NCBI GenBank assembly: GCA_944332705.1
Contig: CALVKM010000002.1
Coordinates: 10,746-74,745, forward strand
DNA from: an uncultured Bacilli bacterium
GTDB taxonomy: Bacteria > Bacillota_I > Bacilli_A > RF39 > UBA660
Length of the DNA: 64,000 nt
Reading direction: 5' to 3'
The notes beneath the pieces are model-generated. The model was not told the origin of the DNA, made no database searches, and saw nothing but the letters and a program-made list of their open reading frames with translations. A program made the translations under genes and the position numbers. Shown one piece after another: positions 30,261 through 39,902 of this stretch (position 1 is the first letter of the stretch; each line of letters starts with the position of its first letter).

Positions 30261-30956
30261 ATGGGATTATTAGAAAAACAAAAATATGAAAATTGGCAAG
30301 TTGGAGATGTATTTGCATTAAAATTAGAAGAAGTTGATAAATACTTAATATTGATATTGTATGAAGCACCTTATGAAACTAGTTGTGACATAAGATGTAA
30401 ATTTAGGGCTAAAATAACTAGTAATGAACAGTTACCTAAAGATAAAGCGGAAATAGATGCTCTAGAATTTATAAAAGTAGGTTTCATTCATTTTTATGAA
30501 AGGTATTTTCCTCTTAAAGGTAGCGAAACATATGCTGAATGTGTAGAAAGACAATTATCAAAAAAATTTTATCCAGATGAATATGATTATTTATATTATT
30601 ACTTATTTGAATTAGCATTGTTAAAAAGAAGTAGAATATATAAAGAATTAATTTATTTAGGAAATTTTGATATAATTCCTTCAACAGATGATTATACTAA
30701 TGGACATGAGAAATTATTCTTTTTGAAAGAATTAAAGGATGAATTGTATAAATGTTATATCAATTATAATTTACGGGAAAGTAGTGTTTATAATATGGTT
30801 AATCATGCTGAAATTGAAAAAAATAGTTTTATGGCTCTTAATTTAATGTTAAATTTGCCACCAATGGAAGAATTACATAAAATATATGGCCCTATTATAA
30901 AAAAAGAAAACAAGAAGAAAAGAGATACATTAACAAAAGTAGATTTTGATGATTAA
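30261..30956 (+). CDS. hypothetical protein, Imm26-like N-terminus; paralog of 31911-32570
   Basis: WQVGDVFALK, LEFIK.GF.H..ERY, PDEY.YLY, IYLGNFDI shared with the paralog. Confidence 0.65.
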   Translation: MGLLEKQKYENWQVGDVFALKLEEVDKYLILILYEAPYETSCDIRCKFRAKITSNEQLPKDKAEIDALEFIKVGFIHFYERYFPLKGSETYAECVERQLSKKFYPDEYDYLYYYLFELALLKRSRIYKELIYLGNFDIIPSTDDYTNGHEKLFFLKELKDELYKCYINYNLRESSVYNMVNHAEIEKNSFMALNLMLNLPPMEELHKIYGPIIKKENKKKRDTLTKVDFDD

Positions 30957-31030
30957 TTAGTTATTGATATATTATTATTTGAATAAGAATTGGTCGGTCC
31001 AATTCTTATTCTATTAAAGGGGGGAAAGAA

Positions 31031-31300
31031 ATGACTTTGACAATATCAGTAATAGTTATGTTAGTAACATATATATGTGGAGCAATAACTAAAATATTTA
31101 TAGAAGAAATACCAAATAGATACATACCAATACAAAATGTTATAATTGGCATAATAAGTGGAGTAATATGTTTTTTTATAGAAATAGATGACAATATAAT
31201 AGAATCTATATTAATATGTTTAATGTCAGCATTAAGTGCTGGTGGAATATCTGATTTAGTAGATACAAATAAAAAAACAAATATAGATGATATATCTTGA
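31031..31300 (+). CDS. phage holin-like membrane protein
   Basis: 3 TMs, IPNRYIP motif, charged C-terminus. Confidence 0.6.
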   Translation: MTLTISVIVMLVTYICGAITKIFIEEIPNRYIPIQNVIIGIISGVICFFIEIDDNIIESILICLMSALSAGGISDLVDTNKKTNIDDIS

Positions 31301-31353
31301 ATTTGAATATAAAAATTGATATATTATAATTACAATAGTGTATATTTTGGAGG
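31288..31353 (+). repeat. 66-bp direct repeat copy 2
   Basis: Near-identical to 30186-30251. Confidence 0.85.
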
Positions 31354-31362
31354 AAGTACTAA

Positions 31363-31863
31363 ATGGAATCAGAACATATAAGGAAAAATAATGATTCAAT
31401 TTTAAAATATATATTTATAGTTATAGCAGTAGCTTTTGCTTTTACCTTTTTTGGATTATTTATTTCAGATTTAATTTATAAATTTAATCCACAAAGACTA
31501 TATTTAGATCTATATAATATAGATATTATAAAGCCTGAAAAAATAGAAGAGTTATATCGTGAAGAAGCTATAAATATTGCTATATTTGAAAAATTAATTT
31601 ATAACAAAGAAGATTTCAATAAAGCTTTAGAATATGAATATGTATTAGAAATGGATAAAGAAAGAGTATTAAGATTTGTTAGAATTAGATTAAAGTATCA
31701 TTTAACTGATGAAGGAATAGAAAAAATAGATGAATATATTGATGATGAATTAATAAGTGATAGTAATTATTATGCAATATTTAGAGAAAGTAATGATTAT
31801 TATATTTTGTTTATATATAATATGGAAGAAAATTCTATTTATAGTTTCAGGTTGGTAGAATAA
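31363..31863 (+). CDS. hypothetical membrane-anchored protein
   Basis: N-terminal TM; MESE start shared with next gene. Confidence 0.65.
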   Translation: MESEHIRKNNDSILKYIFIVIAVAFAFTFFGLFISDLIYKFNPQRLYLDLYNIDIIKPEKIEELYREEAINIAIFEKLIYNKEDFNKALEYEYVLEMDKERVLRFVRIRLKYHLTDEGIEKIDEYIDDELISDSNYYAIFRESNDYYILFIYNMEENSIYSFRLVE

Positions 31864-31910
31864 ATATTTACTTATTATATTACAATAGTTTAATTATGGA
31901 GGATTACTAA

Positions 31911-32570
31911 ATGGAGTCAGAACAAATAAATAAAAGTAAAGTAAAAAAATGGCAAATAGGAGATGCTTTTGCAATAAAAATAAAACATTCTAATCAAAGT
32001 TATGATGGAAAGTATTTAATAATAATTAAAGGAGATTATGAGTGGAATTATGATTTTCCTAGATTTCAAACATGTTTATTAAAGATTACAAAAGATAAAA
32101 CAATACCTAAAACATTAGATGAAATTAATAATTTAGAATTTATTAAAACAGGCTTTGTTCACTATATTGAAAGATATAGTTCGCGTTCTATTGGTATGGA
32201 AACTTATGCGATGGTAGTAGAAAGATGTAAAGATTTAAAGTTTTTCCCAGATGAATATAATTATTTATATATGTATGACTTAACTTTAATGGCTGACTGC
32301 CGGAAAAACTATGATGATTTTATATATTTAGGAAATTTTGATATTAAGTATCCAGAAGATGAATTTCCACCGGTATGTATAACATATAGAAAATCAATAG
32401 TTGAAATTGATGATATTGTCAATGATGCAATTAATAGATATGAAGATTACAATCTAAAAAAAAGTAAGATTTATAATGAAGAAAGAGAAATAGTAGAAGA
32501 AAGAGCTAAAATGTTTTTAAAAATCCATCAAGAAGTGTTAGATGACACTTATGAAAAAGAATACTATTAA
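31911..32570 (+). CDS. hypothetical protein, Imm26-like N-terminus; paralog of 30261-30956
   Basis: WQIGDAFAIK and shared motifs. Confidence 0.65.
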   Translation: MESEQINKSKVKKWQIGDAFAIKIKHSNQSYDGKYLIIIKGDYEWNYDFPRFQTCLLKITKDKTIPKTLDEINNLEFIKTGFVHYIERYSSRSIGMETYAMVVERCKDLKFFPDEYNYLYMYDLTLMADCRKNYDDFIYLGNFDIKYPEDEFPPVCITYRKSIVEIDDIVNDAINRYEDYNLKKSKIYNEEREIVEERAKMFLKIHQEVLDDTYEKEYY

Positions 32571-32649
32571 ATTTTGTGACTTTAAAACTAGGCGATTAAA
32601 CTAAACAAAGTAGTCTTCTTTCATACAATATTATGAAAGGAGTTTTCTT

Positions 32650-32886
32650 ATGAATCCAAAATATAATACAATGTATCATCCTGTAAATAATAATGATCGT
32701 TTTGTATTTCCATTTTTAACTGGTGCCTTAGTTGGTGGAGCAGCAGTAGGTTTAACTCGTCCAAGACCAATATATAATGTTGCCCCATATCCACCATATC
32801 CGCCATATGGACCATACCCACCAAGACCATATCCTATGCCATATTATAGTACATCCTACAATTATAATTCTTTTGGGCCATATTAA
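32650..32886 (+). CDS. Pro/Tyr-rich spore coat protein-like (YmaG-like)
   Basis: FPFLTGALVGG + PYPPY repeats; CATACAATA sporulation-sigma-like -10 at 32622-32630. Confidence 0.55.
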   Translation: MNPKYNTMYHPVNNNDRFVFPFLTGALVGGAAVGLTRPRPIYNVAPYPPYPPYGPYPPRPYPMPYYSTSYNYNSFGPY

Positions 32887-33965
32887 TAGACGGATTTATT
32901 TAATATATTTAGAATAATACCTAAAAACATAAAATAAATTATAATTGTTGAACCACCATAAGACAAAAATGGTAGAGGTATACCAATAATAGGGAGTAAT
33001 CCTAAGTTCATTCCAATATTAATAAATTGTTGGAAGAAAAAAATACTAATAAAACTAATTAAAACTAGTTTTATTTGTTTTTGTTTTACAGTTAAATATT
33101 TATTAATTAAAAATATATCAATAAGTAAGTAACATAAAATTACTATAATTCCCGAAATTATTCCAAAATTACTAATATTAAATGCAAATATAAAATCAGT
33201 TGGTGCCTCAGGTATATATAAACTTACCTTATTTAAACCACTACCAAAAATAGTTGCAGATCCCATAGCAATAATAGCGTTTTCTAACTGATAACTAGAT
33301 TCCGTACTAAAAGTAATAAGTCTCTCAACTCTATAAAAGAAACTTGTACCAATTAAATTTATGAGTAAATCTTGATTATAAATATAAAGTAATATAAAAG
33401 TTCCTAATAAAAGAATAATAATTATTCCAAAAATTACAAACCAATATTTTTTGACTCCTGCAACAAGTAAGATGGTTATAGCAATTAAAAAATAAAAGAT
33501 AATTGCCCCAGTATCAGGCTCTAAAAATACCAGTATTGAAGGAATTAAAGTAATAATTATAACTTTTAATATTAGTTTAAAATCTGGTTTATTAAAGGCT
33601 GCTATACTACTCAAATACAAAGTCAAAGTAAGTTTTACTAGTTCACTAGGTTGAAAAGAAAATAATTTAAAATCAAACCAAGCAGTTGATCCATTAATAT
33701 TTTTACCAAAAAATAATACTAAAACAAGTAATAGAACTGAAATATAGTAATAATATTTAGAATACTTTAAAATAGTATTAATATTTATTTTGCTTATTAT
33801 AATAACTAAAATAATACCTATACCAAAAAATATTATTTGTTTAATTAAATTATGTTCATATAAAGTACTTAAAGCCTTAGCATTTTGCATATTAAGTAAA
33901 CTAATAATCATTATAATAAATAAGGGAATAATTAACATATATTTACTATTAATAATTTTATTCAT
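32883..33965 (-). CDS. SEDS family protein (RodA/FtsW)
   Basis: QPSELVK, EPDTG, PEAPTDFIF, LPFLSYGGS. Confidence 0.92.
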   Translation of the reverse strand: MNKIINSKYMLIIPLFIIMIISLLNMQNAKALSTLYEHNLIKQIIFFGIGIILVIIISKININTILKYSKYYYYISVLLLVLVLFFGKNINGSTAWFDFKLFSFQPSELVKLTLTLYLSSIAAFNKPDFKLILKVIIITLIPSILVFLEPDTGAIIFYFLIAITILLVAGVKKYWFVIFGIIIILLLGTFILLYIYNQDLLINLIGTSFFYRVERLITFSTESSYQLENAIIAMGSATIFGSGLNKVSLYIPEAPTDFIFAFNISNFGIISGIIVILCYLLIDIFLINKYLTVKQKQIKLVLISFISIFFFQQFINIGMNLGLLPIIGIPLPFLSYGGSTIIIYFMFLGIILNILNKSVY

Positions 33966-34021
33966 GTTATTATTATGTGTTCTTTTTCTAAATTTATCAT
34001 AAAATATAGTGAGGTGAGGCT

Positions 34022-34309
34022 GTGGAAAAACCTAGAGTATTTGCTAATCCTATCAATAAAAAACTTGATAACAATGAAGATTTATTTCGAAGTAGTAAGA
34101 GTGTAGTAAGAAATAATCCCAAAGACATTAACAAAAAAATTAATGAAATATTTGCATCAAGTAATCATGTTTATAAAAGTAGGGTAAAAGTAACTTTAAA
34201 AGATAAGACATTAGAAACGGATTTAATAGGTAAAACTAATTTAAATCTCTTAACATTAGATGGCGGACTTATTAGAATAACTGATATATTAGATATTGAA
34301 AAGTTATAA
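34022..34309 (+). CDS. hypothetical protein
   Basis: GAGGTGA SD, 95 aa ORF. Confidence 0.6.
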   Translation: MEKPRVFANPINKKLDNNEDLFRSSKSVVRNNPKDINKKINEIFASSNHVYKSRVKVTLKDKTLETDLIGKTNLNLLTLDGGLIRITDILDIEKL

Positions 34310-34320
34310 AAAAAGTATAT

Positions 34321-34638
34321 CTAAAGAATTTCTTCGATATACTTTTTTAATTGTTTAGCATTTTTGCCAAATATTATTTTTAATTGATTATCAATTTCTA
34401 CTATACCTTTAGCACCAAGTTTTTGAATACCTTCTTTGTTAGCTTTAGATACATCCTTAAGTATTACTTTAAATCTTGACATATTACATTCAGCATTAAC
34501 AATATTATCTTTACCACCAAGATAAGTTATTAATTTATTAGCTTCAATATTGAAGTTTTTCTTTGACAACTTAACTATAACTAAAGATATAATAATAAGT
34601 ACTATGGCAATAATACCATATTGGATAAATGTTTGCAT
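34321..34638 (-). CDS. PTS EIIB-domain protein with N-terminal TM
   Basis: LGGKDNI...CNMSRFKV..D. Confidence 0.75.
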   Translation of the reverse strand: MQTFIQYGIIAIVLIIISLVIVKLSKKNFNIEANKLITYLGGKDNIVNAECNMSRFKVILKDVSKANKEGIQKLGAKGIVEIDNQLKIIFGKNAKQLKKYIEEIL

Positions 34639-34685
34639 AGCTTCACCTCTTTAATTATACTACAAATTTTAAAATTTTAATAGTC

Positions 34686-36368
34686 TTAATTATTTGCTTG
34701 ATTTACTTCCATTATAACTGGCAGAATTATTGGCTTTCTACCTGTTAAATTATTAATAAATGGTAGTAACTCGAGTATTATTTGATTTTTTAAATCTGTA
34801 TAGGTATAAGGCCCTTTAGCTAAGAAATTATTAACAACTTCCGCAATTTTCTTTTCTATTTTGTTCATTAATTCTTGATTTTCATTGACTAAAACAAATC
34901 CTCTTGCTGTAACATTTGGCTTAAGTAGTAACTTACGAGTTAAAGTATTTATATTAAGTATTGTAATAAGAATGCCATCTTGACTCATCAGTTTGCGATC
35001 TTTTATAACAACACTACCAATATCTCCAACACGAGAACCATCAACATAAACATCTCCTGCTTGGACAGTACCATTTTTCTTAACAGTACCATTAAGTAGT
35101 TCTAAAACATCCCCATTAGAACATATAAAGGTGTTTTCTTGCTTTACACCACAATCTATTCCAATTTCCGCATGTCTTTTAAGCATTCTGTATTCCCCAT
35201 GCATTGGCATAAAATATTTAGGTTTAATAATTCTTAACATCCACTTTAATTCTTCTTCTTTAGCGTGTCCTGATGTGTGAACATCACTGAATTCAGAATT
35301 AGTAAAGACTTTAACACCTTTTAAATATAATTTGTTGATAATTTTATTAATACTTTCGGCATTCCCTGGAATAGGGTTAGATGAAAATATTACAAGATCA
35401 TCCCCAAGTAATGAAATCTGTTTATGTTGGTCATTAGCAATTCTTGATAAAGCCGCAAGGGGTTCACCTTGAGAACCAGTACACAAAATACATATTTCAT
35501 TACGCTTTAAACTCTTAGCATCATTTGCTTCAATAAATAAACTTTTATCATTGATAAGTCCATTATTTAGGGCAAGTTCAATAGAGTTTTCCATACTACG
35601 ACCAAAAACAATAATCTTACGGTTATACTTTTTACATGTTTCAACAATATGTTTTATTCTATATATATTTGAAGCAAATGTGGCAATTATAACTCTTCCA
35701 TAGTGTCTACCTATCATATCATTTAAGGTACTATCAACAGCACTTTCACTTTTAGAGTATCCACTAGATAAAGCATTAGTTGAATCACTTAAAAGTAGGG
35801 TAACACCATTTGCTCCCGCCTGAGCCATTTTATGAATATCAGCCATTGGTCCAACTGGAGTTAAATCAAATTTAAAGTCTCCAGTTTCAAATATTGTCCC
35901 ATTCGGTGTCTTAATCAAAAAGGCATAAGAATCCGGAATAGAGTGGGTAGTATTAACAAAAGTTATATTAAAATACTTTGTTTTTACTTCTAACTCTGGT
36001 GTAATTATTTCATAATTTTCATATTTGATATTCTTTTCTACCAATTTCTTTTCAATTAAATCTTTTGCAATCTTTGGTGTATAAATCTTTGGTATATTAA
36101 TTGCTTGTAGTAAAAAAGGTATTCCTCCGATATGATCTTCATGACCATGAGTTATAAATAAACCTTTAATTTTACTAGCATTTTTCTTTAAATATGATAC
36201 ATCTTGAATAACATAATCAACACCTAGTAATCCATCCTCCGGAAACATAACTCCAGCATCAATTACTAAAATCTCGCTATCATGTTCAATCAAATACATG
36301 TTTTTTCCAACTTCACCTAAACCACCAAGAGCAATTACTCTAGTGGGTATATTATTTTTATTTTCCAT
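34686..36368 (-). CDS. rnjA: ribonuclease J
   Basis: GGLGEVGKNM, THGHEDHIGG, GSQGEP, HTSGH, HGEYR. Confidence 0.93.
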   Translation of the reverse strand: MENKNNIPTRVIALGGLGEVGKNMYLIEHDSEILVIDAGVMFPEDGLLGVDYVIQDVSYLKKNASKIKGLFITHGHEDHIGGIPFLLQAINIPKIYTPKIAKDLIEKKLVEKNIKYENYEIITPELEVKTKYFNITFVNTTHSIPDSYAFLIKTPNGTIFETGDFKFDLTPVGPMADIHKMAQAGANGVTLLLSDSTNALSSGYSKSESAVDSTLNDMIGRHYGRVIIATFASNIYRIKHIVETCKKYNRKIIVFGRSMENSIELALNNGLINDKSLFIEANDAKSLKRNEICILCTGSQGEPLAALSRIANDQHKQISLLGDDLVIFSSNPIPGNAESINKIINKLYLKGVKVFTNSEFSDVHTSGHAKEEELKWMLRIIKPKYFMPMHGEYRMLKRHAEIGIDCGVKQENTFICSNGDVLELLNGTVKKNGTVQAGDVYVDGSRVGDIGSVVIKDRKLMSQDGILITILNINTLTRKLLLKPNVTARGFVLVNENQELMNKIEKKIAEVVNNFLAKGPYTYTDLKNQIILELLPFINNLTGRKPIILPVIMEVNQANN

Positions 36369-36487
36369 TAAAAAAATTCCTTCTTTCTTTTTGTTTGTAA
36401 AGTTTTTCTAACTGAATAAATTATAGCAAAAAAATTAATAATAGTCAAATACTTATCTTTGTGGTAAAATATTAGTACGGAGGATAT

Positions 36488-37474
36488 ATGGGATTATTTA
36501 GTAAATTTAAAGATATTTTTAAAACAAAAGAAAAAGAAGAAAAGACTAGTGAAGAGATTAAGAAATATGATACTGGTTTGGAAAAAACAAGAAATGAGTT
36601 TGTTTCTAAATTAAATTTGCTTGGTATAAAATATACTAAAGTAAATGAAGAATATTTTGAAGAATTAGAAAATTTGCTAATTATGGCTGATATTGGAGTT
36701 AAAACGGTAATGGACTTTATGGACCGTTTAAGGCGTAGAGTCAAAAGTGAAAACATAACTGATACCAAATTTTTAGGAGAAGTCATAGTTGATGAATTAT
36801 TTATTATTTATGTTAATAATGAATCTATCACTGATAAAATAAATATAAATCCTGATGGCCCAACAGTAATACTTATGGTTGGGGTAAATGGTGTAGGAAA
36901 AACTACTACCATTGCTAAACTTGCTTATAAATATAAAAGTGAAGGAAAGCGGGTTATGATGATTGCTGGAGATACCTTTAGAGCTGGTGCTGTAGAACAA
37001 CTAAAAATCTGGGCGGACCGTACTGATTCACTCTTCTTTGGTAAAGAAAATATTGACCCCGCCGGAGTAATCTTTGATGGCCTTGATAAAGCTATCGAGG
37101 AAAATGTCGATATAGTTTTAATTGATACCGCAGGAAGACTTCATAACAAAGTTAATTTAATGAAGGAACTAGAAAAAATTAATAAAGTAATAGGGACAAA
37201 AATAAATGGTGCTCCGCATGAAACTTTACTTGTAATTGATGCAACAACTGGTCAAAATGGCATTATGCAAGCACAGTCTTTTAAAGAAATAACTAACATC
37301 ACTGGTATAGTTTTAACTAAACTTGATGGCACCGCAAAAGGGGGAATTGTTCTAGCTATAAAAGAAGAAGTCAATTTACCAGTTAAATTTGTTGGTCTTG
37401 GTGAAAAAATGGAAGATTTAATTCCTTTTGATATTGAAAATTATATCTATGGTTTATTTAAGGATATGATGTAA
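36488..37474 (+). CDS. ftsY: SRP receptor FtsY
   Basis: GVNGVGKTTT, DTFRAGA, DTAGR, TKLDGTAKGG. Confidence 0.96.
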   Translation: MGLFSKFKDIFKTKEKEEKTSEEIKKYDTGLEKTRNEFVSKLNLLGIKYTKVNEEYFEELENLLIMADIGVKTVMDFMDRLRRRVKSENITDTKFLGEVIVDELFIIYVNNESITDKININPDGPTVILMVGVNGVGKTTTIAKLAYKYKSEGKRVMMIAGDTFRAGAVEQLKIWADRTDSLFFGKENIDPAGVIFDGLDKAIEENVDIVLIDTAGRLHNKVNLMKELEKINKVIGTKINGAPHETLLVIDATTGQNGIMQAQSFKEITNITGIVLTKLDGTAKGGIVLAIKEEVNLPVKFVGLGEKMEDLIPFDIENYIYGLFKDMM

Positions 37475-37771
37475 ATGGAAGAGTTTGTTTATTATGATTT
37501 ATTATTTGATATATATGAACAATTATTAAATGATAAATCTCGAGAATTTTTTAAATTATATTATGAAGAAAATTTAACTTTACAAGAAATTGCGGATAAT
37601 TATCATGTTTCCAAAAGTTATGTAGGCAGTGTCCTAAAGAAAACTGAAAAAAAATTAGATGAATTAGAAGCTAATTTAAAAATATATGAAAATCGCAGTA
37701 AACTAGCAGATTTATTAAAGTTAAATGATATTGAAAAAATAAAAAAAGGTATCAATAAAATTTTAGATTAA
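37475..37771 (+). CDS. ylxM: YlxM-like DNA-binding protein
   Basis: LFDIY..LL..YYEENLTLQEIA; follows ftsY. Confidence 0.8.
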   Translation: MEEFVYYDLLFDIYEQLLNDKSREFFKLYYEENLTLQEIADNYHVSKSYVGSVLKKTEKKLDELEANLKIYENRSKLADLLKLNDIEKIKKGINKILD

Positions 37772-38001
37772 AATGTTACATCGAGTAACATTTTTTTCTT
37801 TACTTAAGATAAACTTAATGTTATAATTTAATTAGATATTAAGGCCCTCCCTTGATTTTAGTTTATTATTTTTGATTTTATTTTAGGGCGAAATCTATAT
37901 GGAAAGGAGAAGAACTTTGGAAACAAAGTAATCAATAGTAACAACACATCACGCTATGATAATTGTTATAATTTATTAAGAAAATCAGAAAAGGAGGTAA
38001 A

Positions 38002-38865
38002 ATGAACAATAATAAGTTAGAAACAATAACAAATTTATTTGAAGGAGCCCAAATAAGAAGTGTTTGGGATAATAATAAAGAAGATTACTACTTTAGTGTA
38101 GTTGATGTAATTAGTGCACTAACAGGTAGTGACAGACCCAGAAAATACTGGAATGATTTAAAATTAAAATTAAAAGATGAAGGAAGTCAGTTGTCCGAAA
38201 AAATCGGACAACTGAAAATGGAATCATCTGATGGCAAAAAATATTTAACAGATGTACTTGATACTAAAGGTATATTAAGGCTTATTGAATCAGTGCCATC
38301 TCCTAAAGCAGAACCATTTAAATTATGGTTGGCATCCCTTGGTAGTGAGCGAATTGATGAAGTATTTGACCCAGAAAGAGCAATAGCTAGAGGAATTGAT
38401 TATTATCGTAAAAAAGGATATGATGATGCTTGGATTGAAGCAAGAATAAAGGGAATATTTAATCGTAAAAAGCTCACTGATGCATGGAAGAATGCTGGTG
38501 TTACTGAAGGTTATGAATATGCTCAACTAACCAATGAAATATACAAAGAGTGGTCCGGTATGACTGCCAAAGAGTATAAAGGTTTTAAAGGTTTAAGAAA
38601 AGAATCTCTAAGAGATAATATGTCTGATTTAGAAGTAGCTCTTACAGATTTAGGAGAAATTGCTACTAGAGAGCTTGTAAAAACACATAAACCACATGGT
38701 TTAAAGGAAAATAAAGAAATAGCAAAAAGAGGTGGCAAAATTGCTAAAAATACTCGTGACAATTTAGAACAAGAATTAGGTAAACCAGTAATAACTAACG
38801 AAAATCATTTAGGTTATCAATATATTGATGAAAAACAAATTGAATATAAAGAAAAAATAGGGTAA
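38002..38865 (+). CDS. Bro-N domain (phage antirepressor-like) protein
   Basis: IRSVWD..YFSVVDV, PSPKAEPFK.WLA, SLRDNM. Confidence 0.85.
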   Translation: MNNNKLETITNLFEGAQIRSVWDNNKEDYYFSVVDVISALTGSDRPRKYWNDLKLKLKDEGSQLSEKIGQLKMESSDGKKYLTDVLDTKGILRLIESVPSPKAEPFKLWLASLGSERIDEVFDPERAIARGIDYYRKKGYDDAWIEARIKGIFNRKKLTDAWKNAGVTEGYEYAQLTNEIYKEWSGMTAKEYKGFKGLRKESLRDNMSDLEVALTDLGEIATRELVKTHKPHGLKENKEIAKRGGKIAKNTRDNLEQELGKPVITNENHLGYQYIDEKQIEYKEKIG

Positions 38866-38926
38866 AGCAAGGATTTATTGCTTTACTTTTTTTAATAGTT
38901 ATGTTTAAATGTAAGTAAGATAGGAA

Positions 38927-39385
38927 GTGGTTTATTTGAAAAAAAGAACTTTAATTGTTTTGATTGTGTTTTTAATAATTATAGGAATAGTTATTATGTC
39001 AGTATTAAATGATGATTATTTAGTTAAAGAAAGCGACATTGTTATAGCTGATAATGTAACTATGGAAATTGTGAGTGGTACTTTAACAAAAACTAGTGCT
39101 ACAATAATAATTACCGATTTAAGTGGTAGTGATTATACTTATAGTAAACAATATACTATTGAAAAATATGAAGATGAAAAATGGTGGGTTATAAAACCTT
39201 TAATTGGAAATGAAATAACTACTCTAGAAGGATATTCCGTTGATGAAAATAACACTTTAACAATGGATTTAAATTGGGAAAGAAAGTATGGAGAGTTAAA
39301 AGAAGGTAGATATAGAATAGTAGTAAAAGTATCTGATAATTGGCCTAATGGAAAATATACTACGGCTGAATTTACAATAGATTGA
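38927..39385 (+). CDS. membrane-anchored Ig-like domain protein
   Basis: TM + NW..YG.L..G.YRIV..AEF. Confidence 0.65.
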   Translation: MVYLKKRTLIVLIVFLIIIGIVIMSVLNDDYLVKESDIVIADNVTMEIVSGTLTKTSATIIITDLSGSDYTYSKQYTIEKYEDEKWWVIKPLIGNEITTLEGYSVDENNTLTMDLNWERKYGELKEGRYRIVVKVSDNWPNGKYTTAEFTID

Positions 39386-39395
39386 TGGAGGTTAA

Positions 39396-39884
39396 ATGAA
39401 AAAAAGAGTTTTAATTGTTTGTGGAGTTTTAGTAGTTTTAATTATTATATTTGTTTTAATTGTTATATTTAATAAAGGAACATGGTCTTTTACTAAAGAA
39501 TATTCTTTAGAAAATATGAAAAGATATGTATCCAAATCCACTCAAATGGTTATATGTTTATATGAAGAGAATAGAGAAGAAGTTTGTGATAATGAATTAG
39601 TTAGAATTACATACAGTGATACTTTAGATGAATTTGCTACAATTATAAAAAGAGGTAATTTATTAGTATTTACTGAAAATGTCGATGCAAATAATACAGA
39701 AAATAATAATACAGATAATAATTATGTATATCAATTTTATATGTTAAATGATAAAGATGAAGTTTTATTAATTATTGATTATAATTATGATTATTTAAGA
39801 TTAAAAAAAGAAACATCTTCTAATATGTTAGTACTAGCTAGTGAAGATGATTATGACTTTATTAACAGATTACTTGTATATTAA
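39396..39884 (+). CDS. hypothetical membrane-anchored protein
   Basis: N-terminal TM. Confidence 0.6.
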   Translation: MKKRVLIVCGVLVVLIIIFVLIVIFNKGTWSFTKEYSLENMKRYVSKSTQMVICLYEENREEVCDNELVRITYSDTLDEFATIIKRGNLLVFTENVDANNTENNNTDNNYVYQFYMLNDKDEVLLIIDYNYDYLRLKKETSSNMLVLASEDDYDFINRLLVY

Positions 39885-39902
39885 AAAAGCCCTAAGGCTT
39901 TT

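Noticed and set aside
37810-37960. Possible SRP RNA after ylxM
   Set aside because: Lacks the conserved domain IV (CAGG..GGAA..AGCAG) motif
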